A stretch of DNA of 64,000 bases from Octopus sinensis (lineage: Eukaryota). The stretch is taken from NCBI RefSeq assembly GCF_006345805.1, contig NC_043008.1, positions 65,286,001 through 65,350,000 on the forward strand. Direction: 5' to 3'. This document shows positions 12,276 to 23,995 of this stretch, one piece after another. A program made the translations under genes and the position numbers. Each line of letters starts with the position of its first letter. Positions within the stretch are counted from its first letter, which is position 1. Below the pieces are notes generated by a model. It had not been told where the DNA came from. It searched no databases and saw only the letters and a list, made by a program, of their open reading frames with translations.

Positions 12276-12650
12276 TTATTTTTTATTTTTTTATTTTATC
12301 TAGTTTCAGCTCACGACCTGTGGCCATGCTGGGGCACCGGCATTTCGTATTGCTACATGATTTTACTTCACGAATGCTTTTTTAGGAAGTGACGTTTGGT
12401 GCATGAGAGAGTTTGATGCCGCTGCCCTCATCTGCACCTCCTGACGCAAAGTTGGTTCATCTGGGACACCTGACAGGAAGAGGTCCAGCTTGATTTTGAA
12501 GACACCTACATCCACCCCATGCAGGTCTCTCAGGTCCTTCAGGGGGATATTGAAGAGCTGAAGCCCAGACGATTGCAGTATCTTCTCCTACATCTTGATG
12601 GCAAATTTGGAGTCCTTGGCAATATGCAGTGGCGCCCAGTTCTATCATTT
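12276..12650 (-). mobile_element. 3' end of a CR1/L2-group non-LTR retrotransposon (ORF2 C-terminus + 3' UTR + (TAAAA)n tail)
   Basis: Minus-strand translation NDRTGRHCILPR.. then QLFNIPLKDLRDLHGVDVGVFKIKLDLFLSGVPDEP..RAAASNSL, typical of the post-RT C-terminus of CR1/L2-like ORF2; ends in a short-repeat tail. Clade assignment is by recalled motif only. Confidence 0.75.
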
Positions 12651-13020
12651 AGAGTTTTATTTTTGTAAGCGACGAAACTCCAGTTTTTTAATATATAGAT
12701 ATTACACTATGTTTTTACAAACTCTTTAAAATAATTTCTGCAATATTAGATCAATAAAAATTTATTTCATAATATAAATCAACATAAATATGAAGTAACA
12801 ATCTGTAAGTAACACGTGCTGTTTTTGAAGGACAAAGATTATTCGAAGCAATTGCTTGAGGGTAGGTTCGGTACTCTGACAAGAATACAGAATGTGCACA
12901 CATTGTTGAACTGGTATGAACCGTTAAATGCTCATACTCATTCACACAATCTCATATATTTAGGTACATATCCATTCACATATCTAACGTGCATGATCAT
13001 ATACATACATATATACATTC

Positions 13021-13110
13021 AGACATACATACATACATACATACATACATACATACATACATACATACACATGATAGATAGATTGATAGATAGATAGATA
13101 GATAGATAGG

Positions 13111-13191
<81 letters not shown>

Positions 13192-13215
13192 TGATAGATA
13201 GATAGATAGATAGAT
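13021..13215 (+). repeat. (CATA)n + (GATA)n compound microsatellite
   Basis: Directly visible; explains the SIYL/CMYV repeat ORFs. Confidence 0.95.
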
Positions 13216-13528
13216 ATAACTCGATTGACAGACGTAGCACACACGTAACACCGATCGGATATTAAAAGCAAAATTCCTCGCGCTTATATTGTACGCTAAT
13301 TAATTTGTTCGAAGTAATGTATTATATTTTCAAATTTAACACAAGAGTCCTACAGTTAAAGAAGATAAGAGTCCTACAATTAAAGAACTCTTGAGTACTA
13401 TCTGTAGGTTACCGATTAAACTCATTCTATACTTTAGATATTTTTGTCTACCTCTTAAAATGTTATACTCAATATATAAGAGTTTCATTTTTCTCAGTTG
13501 TTGTTTAATTGGTTTTAAAGAGAAGTGA

Positions 13529-13780
13529 CACGCCGTCGATTACGACAACGAGGGTTCCATCTGATCCGATCAACGGAACAGCCTGCTCCTTAAATTAACG
13601 CGCAAATGGCTGAGCACTCTACAGACACGCGTATCCTTAACGTAGTTCTCAGGGAGATTCAGTGTGACACAGAGTGTGACAAGACTGGCCATTTGAAGTA
13701 CAAGTGCTACTCATTTTTGCCAGCAGAGAGGACTGGAGCAATATGAAATAAAGTATTTTCTCAAGGAGATAATGCGTCGC
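13529..13780 (-). mobile_element. SINE family C (tail C1), 5'-truncated
   Basis: Reverse complement of the body and tail of the copy at 23391-23710 (CCGTCG..ACGAGGGTTCCA..GATCAACGGAACAGC..CAGGGAGATTCAG). Confidence 0.85.
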
Positions 13781-13908
13781 CTTCACGCTAAAGAGGACTA
13801 TAGATATATAATGCATGTATTAATACACATGCATTAGCACAGGCAGATATGAGCATATATTTGTTTGTATATGTGTGAGTGTGTATTATATATACATATA
13901 TAAATCTG

Positions 13909-14252
13909 TTTTCAGAATGAGATAAAAAAACCAAGGCTGTGAAAATTTTAGAGCATTTATAAATAGTAGGTCTTACAGCTGTTTCCAGGATATATATTAT
14001 ATCCCTTCATGGGAGACGGTGTGAGAAAATGGTTAAGTAATAGTTAATTTAGATAAGATACGAAATAGAGAGTGAAGTGAAGGAATGAAAATAGATGTGA
14101 GATATGCAATATCCCTGCATATGCAATATCCCTGCATATGCAATATCCCTGTATATCAAGGATATAAAAAAATATCCTGGAAACAACGGTAAGACCTATT
14201 TATAACTGTTCCAAAATCTTCACAGCCTTGGTTTTTTATCTCATTCTGAAAA
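13909..14252. mobile_element. Element with about 95-bp inverted termini (Penelope-terminus-like) and hammerhead-like scaffold
   Basis: TTTTCAGAATGAGATAAAAAAACCAAGGCTGTGAA.. vs ..TTCACAGCCTTGGTTTTTTATCTCATTCTGAAAA; 17-bp x3 tandem ATATGCAATATCCCTGC inside. Confidence 0.7.
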
Positions 14253-14412
14253 AAAATTATATATGCACACGCTGATATATGACCTACGTTGGCCTCCTTA
14301 TTTGCATAATCACCGAACCTGGAGCGTAACTATGGTCTTTACATAGCACTTACTCAGCATTACCTGACACATTGTGGGTCTTACTGACACCATTATCTCT
14401 CATAACCTATAT

Positions 14413-14467
<55 letters not shown>

Positions 14468-15330
14468 CATATATATGTATGTCTCTATATACATACATAT
14501 ATATTATTGTCATTATTGTTGTTGTTTATATATACATATATAGACACAAGCACACGCACACACATATTTGAGTATGTTTATGTATATATGGGATTTTGAT
14601 GCTCCATAGTTACGTTGTCTAAACTCGCTTGATTGTATGCGTGTATGTTAGCCATATACCCTCATATACCAATTAACTCTAATAGATACATAAACTGTTA
14701 CAATGCTTTTTGACGCCACCTAGAACATTTGCATATCTGTGCGAAATCTGCAGAAAATTATTGGACAATGTATTAAGGGATATTCAGGAGACAGTCGAGA
14801 GAATGAGAGGAAAAGAGAGGAATGTATGTGTGACACTACTGGCTGAAGTGGGGTGACACAAACTGATGGAGCATTGAATTAAATGTTATTAAGGTGTGTG
14901 GTCAATTCAGCTGTGATCTAAATCGAAATGGCACCTGTATTCATTATGCTTTTCAACATACCTATGCAATAAAGTTTACCTTACTATTTAACTATTTAGA
15001 TGTCTTTGTTCTTATGTCACTGACTTCAAATATCATTACTTTTCTAAGGTCCAAATATTTTCTTACAGAGTACGTAATGTCCGTATACAAGGTTCAGTTC
15101 AGTGAAATTTACCATAAAGCTATAGAGGCGATATATAATGCATGCAATCAATGAATATACAGATGTTTCACGTACTGTTTTATAATAATTGTAAGTAGCT
15201 TCTAGCGAAGTAAATCAACTATTCTTGTACTTGGCGGTCTTGCGTTTACTGTTCATTAGAAATGCATTAAAGTATCTTCATCATATTTTTTATGTACACC
15301 AAAATGCCGACGTATAAAATTTTGATGTAA

Positions 15331-15331
<1 letters not shown>

Positions 15332-15372
<41 letters not shown>

Positions 15373-15411
15373 CACACAGATATATATACATATACACTTT
15401 AGTATACATTG

Positions 15412-15484
<73 letters not shown>

Positions 15485-15590
15485 ATATGTGTATGTGTGC
15501 ATATGTATATATATATATGCGTGTGTGTGTGTATGTGTTGTGTGTAAATATATATTCATATATATGTGTATGTGTGTGTGTGTGTGTGTA
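15332..15590 (+). repeat. (TA)n/(TG)n compound microsatellite
   Basis: Directly visible. Confidence 0.95.
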
Positions 15591-16519
15591 TACACCCATA
15601 CGAAGTACGATGAGTGCAGAGTAAATTCTGAGAGGAAGAACACACGCACATAAAAAGATACGCACATACTGATTAACATACATAAAGTTGTAAAGAACAC
15701 ATTTTGATCGATACACCCATATATCCACGCACACAAACGCACACACATACACACAACACACACGTACACACAAACATATACACACCTAGTAAAGCGAGAC
15801 AATAGCTTACCCTCTTGTGGACCTTTCACGTTAATTACGACGTTAATGTTCTTCGGAAAGGCGTGAACGTTACACAATGTCATTTCCTGTCTCTCTTGAA
15901 ATCAAAAGTGTGAATCGCCTATTGATCAATACAGCTGATTACAAATGGTGAAGCATGAAATACGGACATTTGATGTTTGACTGCATCGCTTTGAGAAAAA
16001 TCACAAAGGTCACGGAATTATATTTACTTCACATGAAGTTTTGCGCCTGTGTACACTCTCTATATTATCTGAAATATGTGTGAGCGTTTCTGTGCTATAA
16101 GTAGTTATGTCTAGCGCTGGACAGATAACCTCTCGGTTAACGGGGTTCTCGATATGGCTTCGATTGCTCCTAAGTTATATTTTAATTCACTTTAGTTGCT
16201 AATGTTCTTGACAGTGCCATAATTTCATTTCCGCACTTTGCTGCAGTCATATAAACATAAGGTTTCCTGTATGGGGGAATTTTTCACCATATCGTAATTA
16301 AACGAGGATAAGAATTACCTATGGCGTTTTCATAGCCTCTGAGATCCGTTGAAGAAGGGGAAAAAAACCAAACATGACTTATATATCATTGCAGTAAACA
16401 CAGCAGGACAAGTAGAGAATTTTCGGGGCTGCACTTGACAGCTTGCATAAAACGAACTTAAACTAAAAGTATTTAAAAAATCTAAAACAAGTCGGCTTAA
16501 TTATTAACCAGAGATAACA

Positions 16520-17010
16520 GTTTACTCAAATTAGCTGCCCTCAGCTTCTACCACGTCATCAAGACAGCTGCTGAACCAAGTGCGTGTGATTCTCTATGTG
16601 CCCCTGAGAAGATCTTCGAACACCTTCTTGATCTTTGCCACTACGCCGGCCTTGATTTTGAAGGCAGGGTGGTTGGTGTCTTTCTCATTGAGCCCCACTC
16701 ATCGTAATCCATGAGACTAAAATGGGGTGAATTAAGAGAAGAGAAACTGAGGCTGGCGAAGTTGTATCAATTCTTCGACAGCAACTTCACTCTCATCCTG
16801 AAGGTATGGCAAGGAGTCGAGTTCTGATGCCAGCGTCAACCTTCGGTGGCCAGGGATTCACCAGTCTCCAATAGCTTCACATAGCTGTCCCGCAGAGTTG
16901 ACCCTCAGGCCCTGTACTAAGATGCGGCGTGGATTGAAGTTACCTACACTGAAGATATGAACAAAGACTGTTGTAGTTTGAAAGAACTTGGTTTTCAAGA
17001 TGTCCATGTC
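16520..17010 (-). pseudogene. Decayed Tc1/mariner DD37D (maT-like) transposase, C-terminal half
   Basis: Minus translation with frameshifts: GLRVN..YVKLLET..WHQNSTPCHT..LNSPHFSLMDY.EWG..KIKKVFEDL..VVEAEGS*; 37 residues between the positions of the 2nd and 3rd catalytic Asp. Confidence 0.8.
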
Positions 17011-18050
17011 ACATCTTACAGTCTTTACACTGCGCGATACTCTGTGCGATACTCTACGCGAATAATCATTATGCAGGTAACTCCTTTCAAATCTTCACAT
17101 TTCAAATCTTCAGTGTACCATGCCATCCAACTTTTTTCCCCACAACAACCTTCATCTTTATATTCTCCCCAACGCTGTTGACTGATCACCAATACATCAA
17201 GCTCTTCCTGAAAAGAGGAGACATAGAATATCGTCAAATTTATTCCAAACACCCTGTATATCGAATTAATACCAAAAGTTTTGATTTAAATGCTTGCAAT
17301 AAATTGACCTGTTCTAAAGCTAGTTAACAACCAGACGTAGTATAAAACAGGGCAACTGTTTAGATCGACAACTATATAAATATAGGAAATTTCTAGAATA
17401 CAGTTCTTTTTTATATTGAAGGTAATACTGATATTCTTTGATGGAATATAGATTTTCTGCTCCCACCTTTCTTCCTCCCTCGTTCCCTGTTTTCCATCAA
17501 AGCTCCACAATTACATTTGAACGGTTTCTTTCTTCACTTCCAAATATTATGAACCCTTTCACTGAAATGTGATTCGATTTATATCATAAACTCCATACTT
17601 AATGTGAATAATACGGAATGTGACACAGTAATGTTTATGAAATAAGTAATTGCCAGTGTGTATAGCAAAACATAGGTTGTAGAGATAATTCTTGAAAGTA
17701 AATTTGATAATACATTACATATTCTAAAATTGGACAGATACAGAAAAAAGTACATGGCACCTCTGTAGGAATGGCAAACAAACTTGTTAAGTTTTACACC
17801 TATTCTCCGAACCACGATTGTAGAATATAAAACTTCCAGAAAACTTTGCTACCAAGCCCACAGATACAATTCCACCATCTTAATTAAACACGGACAGATT
17901 GCAAAATACCATTTAAAAGAAACGTAAAATGGATTGTTTGTTTGATGAGAGACGCATTCAAGATTAACAATATTTCTCCAGTTCTATATTTAAGAGATGA
18001 GGAATTATGTACAATATTTACATTTGACGGATATTTGTCCTCATCTTGTT

Positions 18051-18114
18051 TGGCGTAGTGTTTACGAGCACGGCCTACTAACCCCAAGATTCCGAGTTCG
18101 ATTCCAGGCAGTGA

Positions 18115-18149
<35 letters not shown>
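18051..18149 (+). mobile_element. tRNA-derived SINE head (family D) ending in (AAT)n
   Basis: TGGCGTAGTG A-box-like and GAGTTCGATTCC B-box; no full cloverleaf. Confidence 0.75.
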
Positions 18150-18150
<1 letters not shown>

Positions 18151-18352
18151 CACCACCAGCAGATGACAACGTTTCTCTAAAAGAAATGGGGAAACTTTCA
18201 AAATACAAAACCTGGAAATACAGGTAACTCGAATGTGGAATCTAAAAACAGAGACGATTCCTATCATAGTAGGCTCAATAGGTATGATAAAAAATATTCA
18301 GACCTGCGCTCGGTAGTGAAGTGAAAGCACTCTACAAAAATCAAACTACTGG
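18150..18352 (+). mobile_element. R4/Dong-type non-LTR retrotransposon 3' fragment (restriction-like endonuclease C-terminus)
   Basis: PADDNVSLKEMGKLSKYK / LEIQVTRMWNLKTETIPIIVGSIG resembles the E..K..KY..L......W....P..IGA.G end of RLE-type elements; flanked on both sides by (AAT)n. Confidence 0.72.
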
Positions 18353-18442
<90 letters not shown>

Positions 18443-18490
18443 TCGAAAAAATACCTTAGGAGTGAGAACCCACGTTCGAATTTTCCCCAA

Positions 18491-18536
18491 GACACCTGAT
18501 AAAGGCTGGAGGGTATATCAGCCGAAACGTTGTGTT
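18491..18536 (+). ncRNA. Minimal type I hammerhead-like motif (G8A, extra A after A9)
   Basis: GACAC-CTGATAA-A-GGCTG..CAGCC-GAAA-CGT-T-GTGTT. Confidence 0.65.
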
Positions 18537-20464
18537 AAATGCAAACACGATAAGGACAAATATCCATCAAATGTAAATAATTAAACAATATTTCTATATT
18601 TAGCATTCGGTGTAATATATTGTTCCATATATATATTACCGTTGCAACTTTGTCAGTGCCAGTATTTTCCCCTCGAAAATTCATAATGACATTTACAATA
18701 AGTCTTCTTCCTGGTCTAGCGTTTGCAGATGAGAGTATCCACCAAACTGTGGAAAAGAAGCGATTTGAAAAATACGAGAATGTGGTGATTCATTCCATTG
18801 ATTTCAAGTGTTTGTTTATGTGTGTGCATGAAGACGTGTAATAGTTTTGTATATGTTTTTACGTCAGCGTGTGCTTGTTTCTGTATATGCATGCGTTCTT
18901 ACATATGCTGTTGCGTATCCTTGTTCAGGAGATGACAGAGTAAATATCTTAGTGTATGTGTATATAAGAGAAAATATCTATTTATGTGTATATGATGCGC
19001 ATATATTAAACTTATATTTGTTTACTTATTATTACTCGTATGATTGTATTTGTGTAAGCGTGTGGCTAAATGGGTCACTCTGTATGTATTTTATGAGCGA
19101 TATTCAAATATCTGTGTATATTTATTTGTGAAGATAATTTTTATATACGTGTATTTGTGTGAGAGAAAATGTTTTGTGTGTGTGTGTGTTTCGGTATGAA
19201 AGTCTGTGTTGTGTTTCAGTGAGTGTGAGGATTTGAGTTTAAGCGTATCTTTTGTGAAAATCTAGTATGCATATGATTGCTTTTTGTGTGCGAATGACTT
19301 TTTGTGTGATTTTAGGTTTGAAAGTGTGTTTTGGGAGTGAGAGTGCGTGTATACATGAAATATAACAAAGACTTTTGTACGCGATGTTTTGAAACATCCA
19401 CAAAGTGTAAATTGCAACTGCATTCTTGCTTTATAAATAACTAGACATTACTTTAGTATGAAATGGAATTGTCTGTGTTGTATAGGCTTGAATGTCCAAC
19501 AGTCTTCAATGTTTACCTTTATAAACAACTTTGTAAAAAAATCGATTGAAATGAATAAATACTATTGTAAGTAGAGAACGGTGAAAATTGAAACATTTTC
19601 TAGGTATTTGTATTGAGTCAAAACAAATATTGATCATTACGCTTATGTATTTGTTTAGCAAGATTCCTGATGTGAAATCGTGTGTTGAAACCGATATAGT
19701 TATACTTGGAGGTGTTCATATTTTGCCAATTAAACACATGCACTATATATTTGGTCTTCACTTCAGCTTTATTATCATTATAATTTTGATTTCGTTGTCA
19801 AAGATTTTTCCTCGCACTTCTAGTAACCTACTCAACTATTCTTTGTGCAACGTGTCTGAGTCAGGACAGGAGGAGACATATAAATATATCACCATGTATT
19901 TCTCCGCTATTTCAGTAAAATGAAAACAAAACACAGACTAATTTCATAAAATACTTAATAGCATACACATATATGAAATCTAAAGAGTGCTTACCTATTA
20001 GCAGCCCTAATATTAATATTAATGAGCTTTCGTTCTGATATAAACTAAATAACTTTACATCCAAAACTGCAATGAACGTTAAACGTCGATTTTTTTTGTA
20101 TCGTTTTTATTTGTGGGTCTTAGGTAGGTTTTAGGCTTGATTATTTGCAACATCTCTTTCAGCAAGTCATCCATGTCCTTGTTTTCGTATACATTCGATG
20201 TTTTTTTTCCAAGGAATCTAATGCTCTTAGCTTAGTTTTTCCCTGGGCTGGCCAGATTGCAGCAATCTCAAGATTAATCAGCTGAAATTGCGAGGATGAT
20301 CTAGTTTTTGACTGAAGATAAACGGCTTCGAATGACCCGTCCGTGTTTTTTTTTTGTATCGTCTATCTGGATCTTTTGTTGTCCCTTTTTGTATCACCTA
20401 ATTGTCCGGATGTTTTCCGTTCTTGTCCCATCTTGTATTTTATTATATGTATATATATATATAT

Positions 20465-20567
20465 AATACTCAGTAGCAAGTTTAATTCACATGATGTTCA
20501 CTTAAACATTATATATATATATAAAATACTCAGTAGCAAGTTTAATTCACATGATGTTCACTTAAAC

Positions 20568-20640
<73 letters not shown>

Positions 20641-20681
20641 CTCAGTAGCAAGTTTAATTCATATGATGTTCACTTAAACAT
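20465..20681 (+). repeat. 45-bp unit x3 separated by (TA)n of varying length
   Basis: AATACTCAGTAGCAAGTTTAATTCACATGATGTTCACTTAAACAT at 20465, 20525, 20637. Confidence 0.92.
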
Positions 20682-22359
20682 CATTCTGATGTATTGCAGG
20701 CCCCGACTTGAGAAACTCAGGTGCAAAAACCGACTATCCATATTTTAGTTTCAAGCAAAAATATAGAAGAATGTTAACATTGCGTCATCTATATTTTTTT
20801 TATTAGGTTTTAACATTTATGTTTGGTTTAAATTGTCATGTTATTGCTGTATTTGTTAAATCGTACAGGGTATTCACTGCTTGTGTTTCTGTAAATCTTC
20901 TTCAGAACCATCAATACATTCTTTGTTTATGGAGATCACTACTGAATTGTTCTTCACAGCTCCATGATTTTACAATATATTTGTGCTGCATTCTATTTAC
21001 ACGATTTCTGATGCCCAGCAAATCTCTCGGATTATGTTTTGTATTTTGAATTAGAGCGAGTTCATGAAGCTTATTTGATTATAAATAGAGACGCTTGAGT
21101 TATTTCTAGATAGCTCTGTAACCAATCTCAGAACATGTATTAACACGAAGAAGTATATTATCACTATCACCTATTTGGAAATTACCGCACTTCCGTAAAA
21201 TATCTTCAAATAGTAGACGGCCGGGAGAATGGGAAATTGAATTAATGATACCTGACGTACAATTAAAGCTACAACTATGATGCGAATGAATAGAAAGAGA
21301 AGGAGGAGATCATTAATCTCATTGTTATCAGAACACGGCGTTAATCCCATCACTTACATCATATTATGGTCAACTTCTACTACTTATTTGGAGTGAATTT
21401 TCATCACTCTGAACATAACACAATTGATATCACTCAGGTAATCGTCAGAATCAGGAAGGAAAACTTAATTTCCTTCCCAAACCCTTCCTCAATCTGAATA
21501 TCTACTGCCAATGGTTTTCCATTTCCTAATTCGATTCACACATGCCATAGAGATGTTTGACTGTTTTCCTTCAAGCTCCTAACTCACGTTACCGAGTTGT
21601 CACGATTAGAATTCTCACAAATTTCGCGTCAAATGCATTATCGGCTTTAGTGTTAAACATGCAATATACTCACCAGTGTTCTGATCTTTACCATTTTACA
21701 GAATTATTAATTATATTCGAAAAGCTATTAAAATTGTGATATCATTATTGTAATATTGCAATTATCTTAATCTATTTTCGTAAATTGAATTGGTATTCGA
21801 TTTAGTCCATGATCTAAGTGTAATGTTCACATATTCACTAAGAATAATCATGATGTAGGCATTACAAATAGGAAAGAGAATTGTTATATAGACATTGCAA
21901 ATGCAAAATGATGTGATATGAATTACACTTGTGAAGAAAACAAAACAAAATATTCAGCATCAGCTAGAAACGAAACTGGAAAATTCGTTTTCACTTATAT
22001 GGTTATGCATACCTACCTACCTACATTGGCTTACATAAATAAGTACTTACGTACATGCGCACGTAAGTACACTCGCACGCACATGTGTTTGCGGGCGCCT
22101 CTGTGTGTGTGAGAGAGAGCGTTTTGTTGTTTATATTTTACTTGCATAAGCAATGGGACTCCAGCCATAGAGGGATACGGCCCTGATAGAATAGTCGGAC
22201 AAATATGCACGCAGTACTTATTTATAAAACTGGTACTTATCTGTTGGTTATTTTCTTGCCGAAACGCATGATTGTGGGCAGTTAAACAAATCAACAACGG
22301 TTGTCAAGAGGTTGGTGAACGACGGTTGCCAAGGGGTTGATGAAACGACAAACACTACT

Positions 22360-23789
22360 CGTTTAACCCCAGGTGGATACTCCGCCAGCTGGTTTTCGGT
22401 GCAAGCTCTTTACCCTTTATATAAAATACATCGCTAGCAAGGAGAACGAACACCTACTAATCCCCAGCAGCTGACAGGATCGCGGGACCGGCCGGTTTCG
22501 GCGTGAGCTAAATAGATCGAAACCGGCCTGTCCCGTGATCTTGTCAGATGCTAACGATGTATTGTGTATAATGGGTGAAGAATTTGCCCCGAAAGCCAGC
22601 TGGTGGAGAATCCGCCTGGGGTTAAACTAGTAGTAACATTCATCGGCCACTTCGATGTGGCTACTCGCTTAACTATTTAGTATACATTACTTCTCTATCT
22701 CTCGTTGCGATTTTGTAACTGGCTATTTTACTTATTCCAGATCAGTGGCTGATTACTTTCATTACAATATATCGCTGGCGGAGCGGATCTTGGCTATCAC
22801 TCCACTGCGCAGGTGCGCCCGGCTTACGTGAGTCTAAAAGCTCGCAACCGGCCGGTCCCGCGATCCTGTCAGCTGCTGCGGGATAGTTGGGTTTTTCTCC
22901 CCCGCTAGCGATTCATTTTATATAAAGGGTGCAGAGCTTGCACCGAAAAGCAGCTGGCGGAGAATCCACCTGGGGTTAAACTGGTAGTGACATTAGTCTG
23001 ACACTTTGAGGTGGCTATACGCTGTTTATATGTGTGTGTCTGTGTGTCTGTGTGTCAGTGTGTCAGTGTGTGTGTGTACACGCTTTCTTAGTTTTCCTCA
23101 ACCTCTCAATCAACATAAATGTCTTAGAAGCTAACTATTTTAAGTCAATAATTTTTAGTTTTTAGGTTTTATTTTTTTTTAGTTTGTAAGATCGGGGTAC
23201 CGGCCGGTTTCGACATGGACTAAATCGATGAAACCCGTCCGGTCCCGTAATCTTGTCAGCTGCTTGCGATCTATTGTACATAATGAATGCAGAGCTTGCA
23301 ACGAAAACCCGGCTGGCGAAGAATCTACCTGTGGTTAAACTAGAAGTAACATTCATCGGCCACTTCAATGTGGTTACTCGATTTACGTAGAGGCGCGTGG
23401 CTTAGTGGTTAGGGTATTCGGCTCACGATTGTAAGGTCGTGAGTTCAATTCCCGGCGACGCGGTGTGTCCTTGAGCAAGACACTCTATTTTCACGTTGCT
23501 CCAGTCCACTCAGCTGGCAAAAATGAGTTGTACCTGTATTTCAAAAGGCCGGCCTTGTCACACTTTGTGTCACGCTGAATCTCCCTGAGAACTACGTTTG
23601 GTGTACACGTGTCTGCGGATTACTCACTCACTTGTACTTTAATTTCACGAGGAAGCTGTTCCGTTGATCGCATCAGCTGGAACCCTCGTCGTCGTAACCG
23701 ACGGAGTGTTCCTCTTTTTAAAAAAAAACGCTTCTACTCTTTCTCTTCAGATTATATAACTAGCTATTTAGCTCTTTATATATATACAT

Positions 23790-23790
<1 letters not shown>
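22360..23790. repeat. Local cluster of a GC-rich structured repeat (3 direct copies + 1 inverted; further copy at 26770-26940)
   Basis: Shared block GAAACCGGCCGGTCCCGCGATC..GTCAG..GCTTGCACCGAAA..CAGCTGGCGGAGAATCCGCCTGGGGTTAAACTAGTAGTAACATTCATCGGCCACTTCGATGTGGCTAC. Confidence 0.85.
23391..23710 (+). mobile_element. tRNA-derived SINE family C (tail C1), full length, inserted in the structured repeat
   Basis: GGCGCGTGGCTTAGTGG A box, GAGTTCAATTCC B box, central GTGTCCTTGAGCAAGACAC domain; host repeat resumes at about 23730. Confidence 0.9.
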
Positions 23791-23828
<38 letters not shown>

Positions 23829-23995
23829 ATATATTATATATATATATATATATATAGATCAATAAATGGTGGGGTTGTGTTGACCGCACGTGGAGAAATG
23901 ATAAGTAAGGAAAAATTTTTTTTTTAATGCAGAATGCTCAAATGAAAGAAAATTTCAATAAAATGTGAAATTGATAAAATATATAAATATATATT

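Larger units (their letters stand above)
17978..18583 (+). mobile_element. Composite insertion: inverted Penelope-type terminus + tRNA head + (AAT)n + Penelope-type tail, 12-bp TSD
   Basis: TSD AACAATATTTCT at 17966-17977 and 18584-18595; inverted repeat 18016-18051 vs 18543-18578. Confidence 0.7.

Noticed and set aside
12984-13271. [16 protein letters not shown] and CVCV-type ORFs here and throughout the window
   Set aside because: Products of GATA, CATA, TA and CA microsatellites
20465-20681. CRISPR-like repeat-spacer appearance (also the 28-bp array)
   Set aside because: Spacers are only TA runs or absent; eukaryotic context; no cas genes
22595-22631. GC hairpin + CTAGT as a true Helitron 3' end
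   Set aside because: Homology between copies continues about 100 bp beyond CTAGT, so it is not the element boundary
23391-23465. tRNA gene candidates (also 18051-18118, 61000-61066 and SINE A/B heads)
   Set aside because: A/B boxes present but no complete acceptor stem, and they continue into SINE bodies
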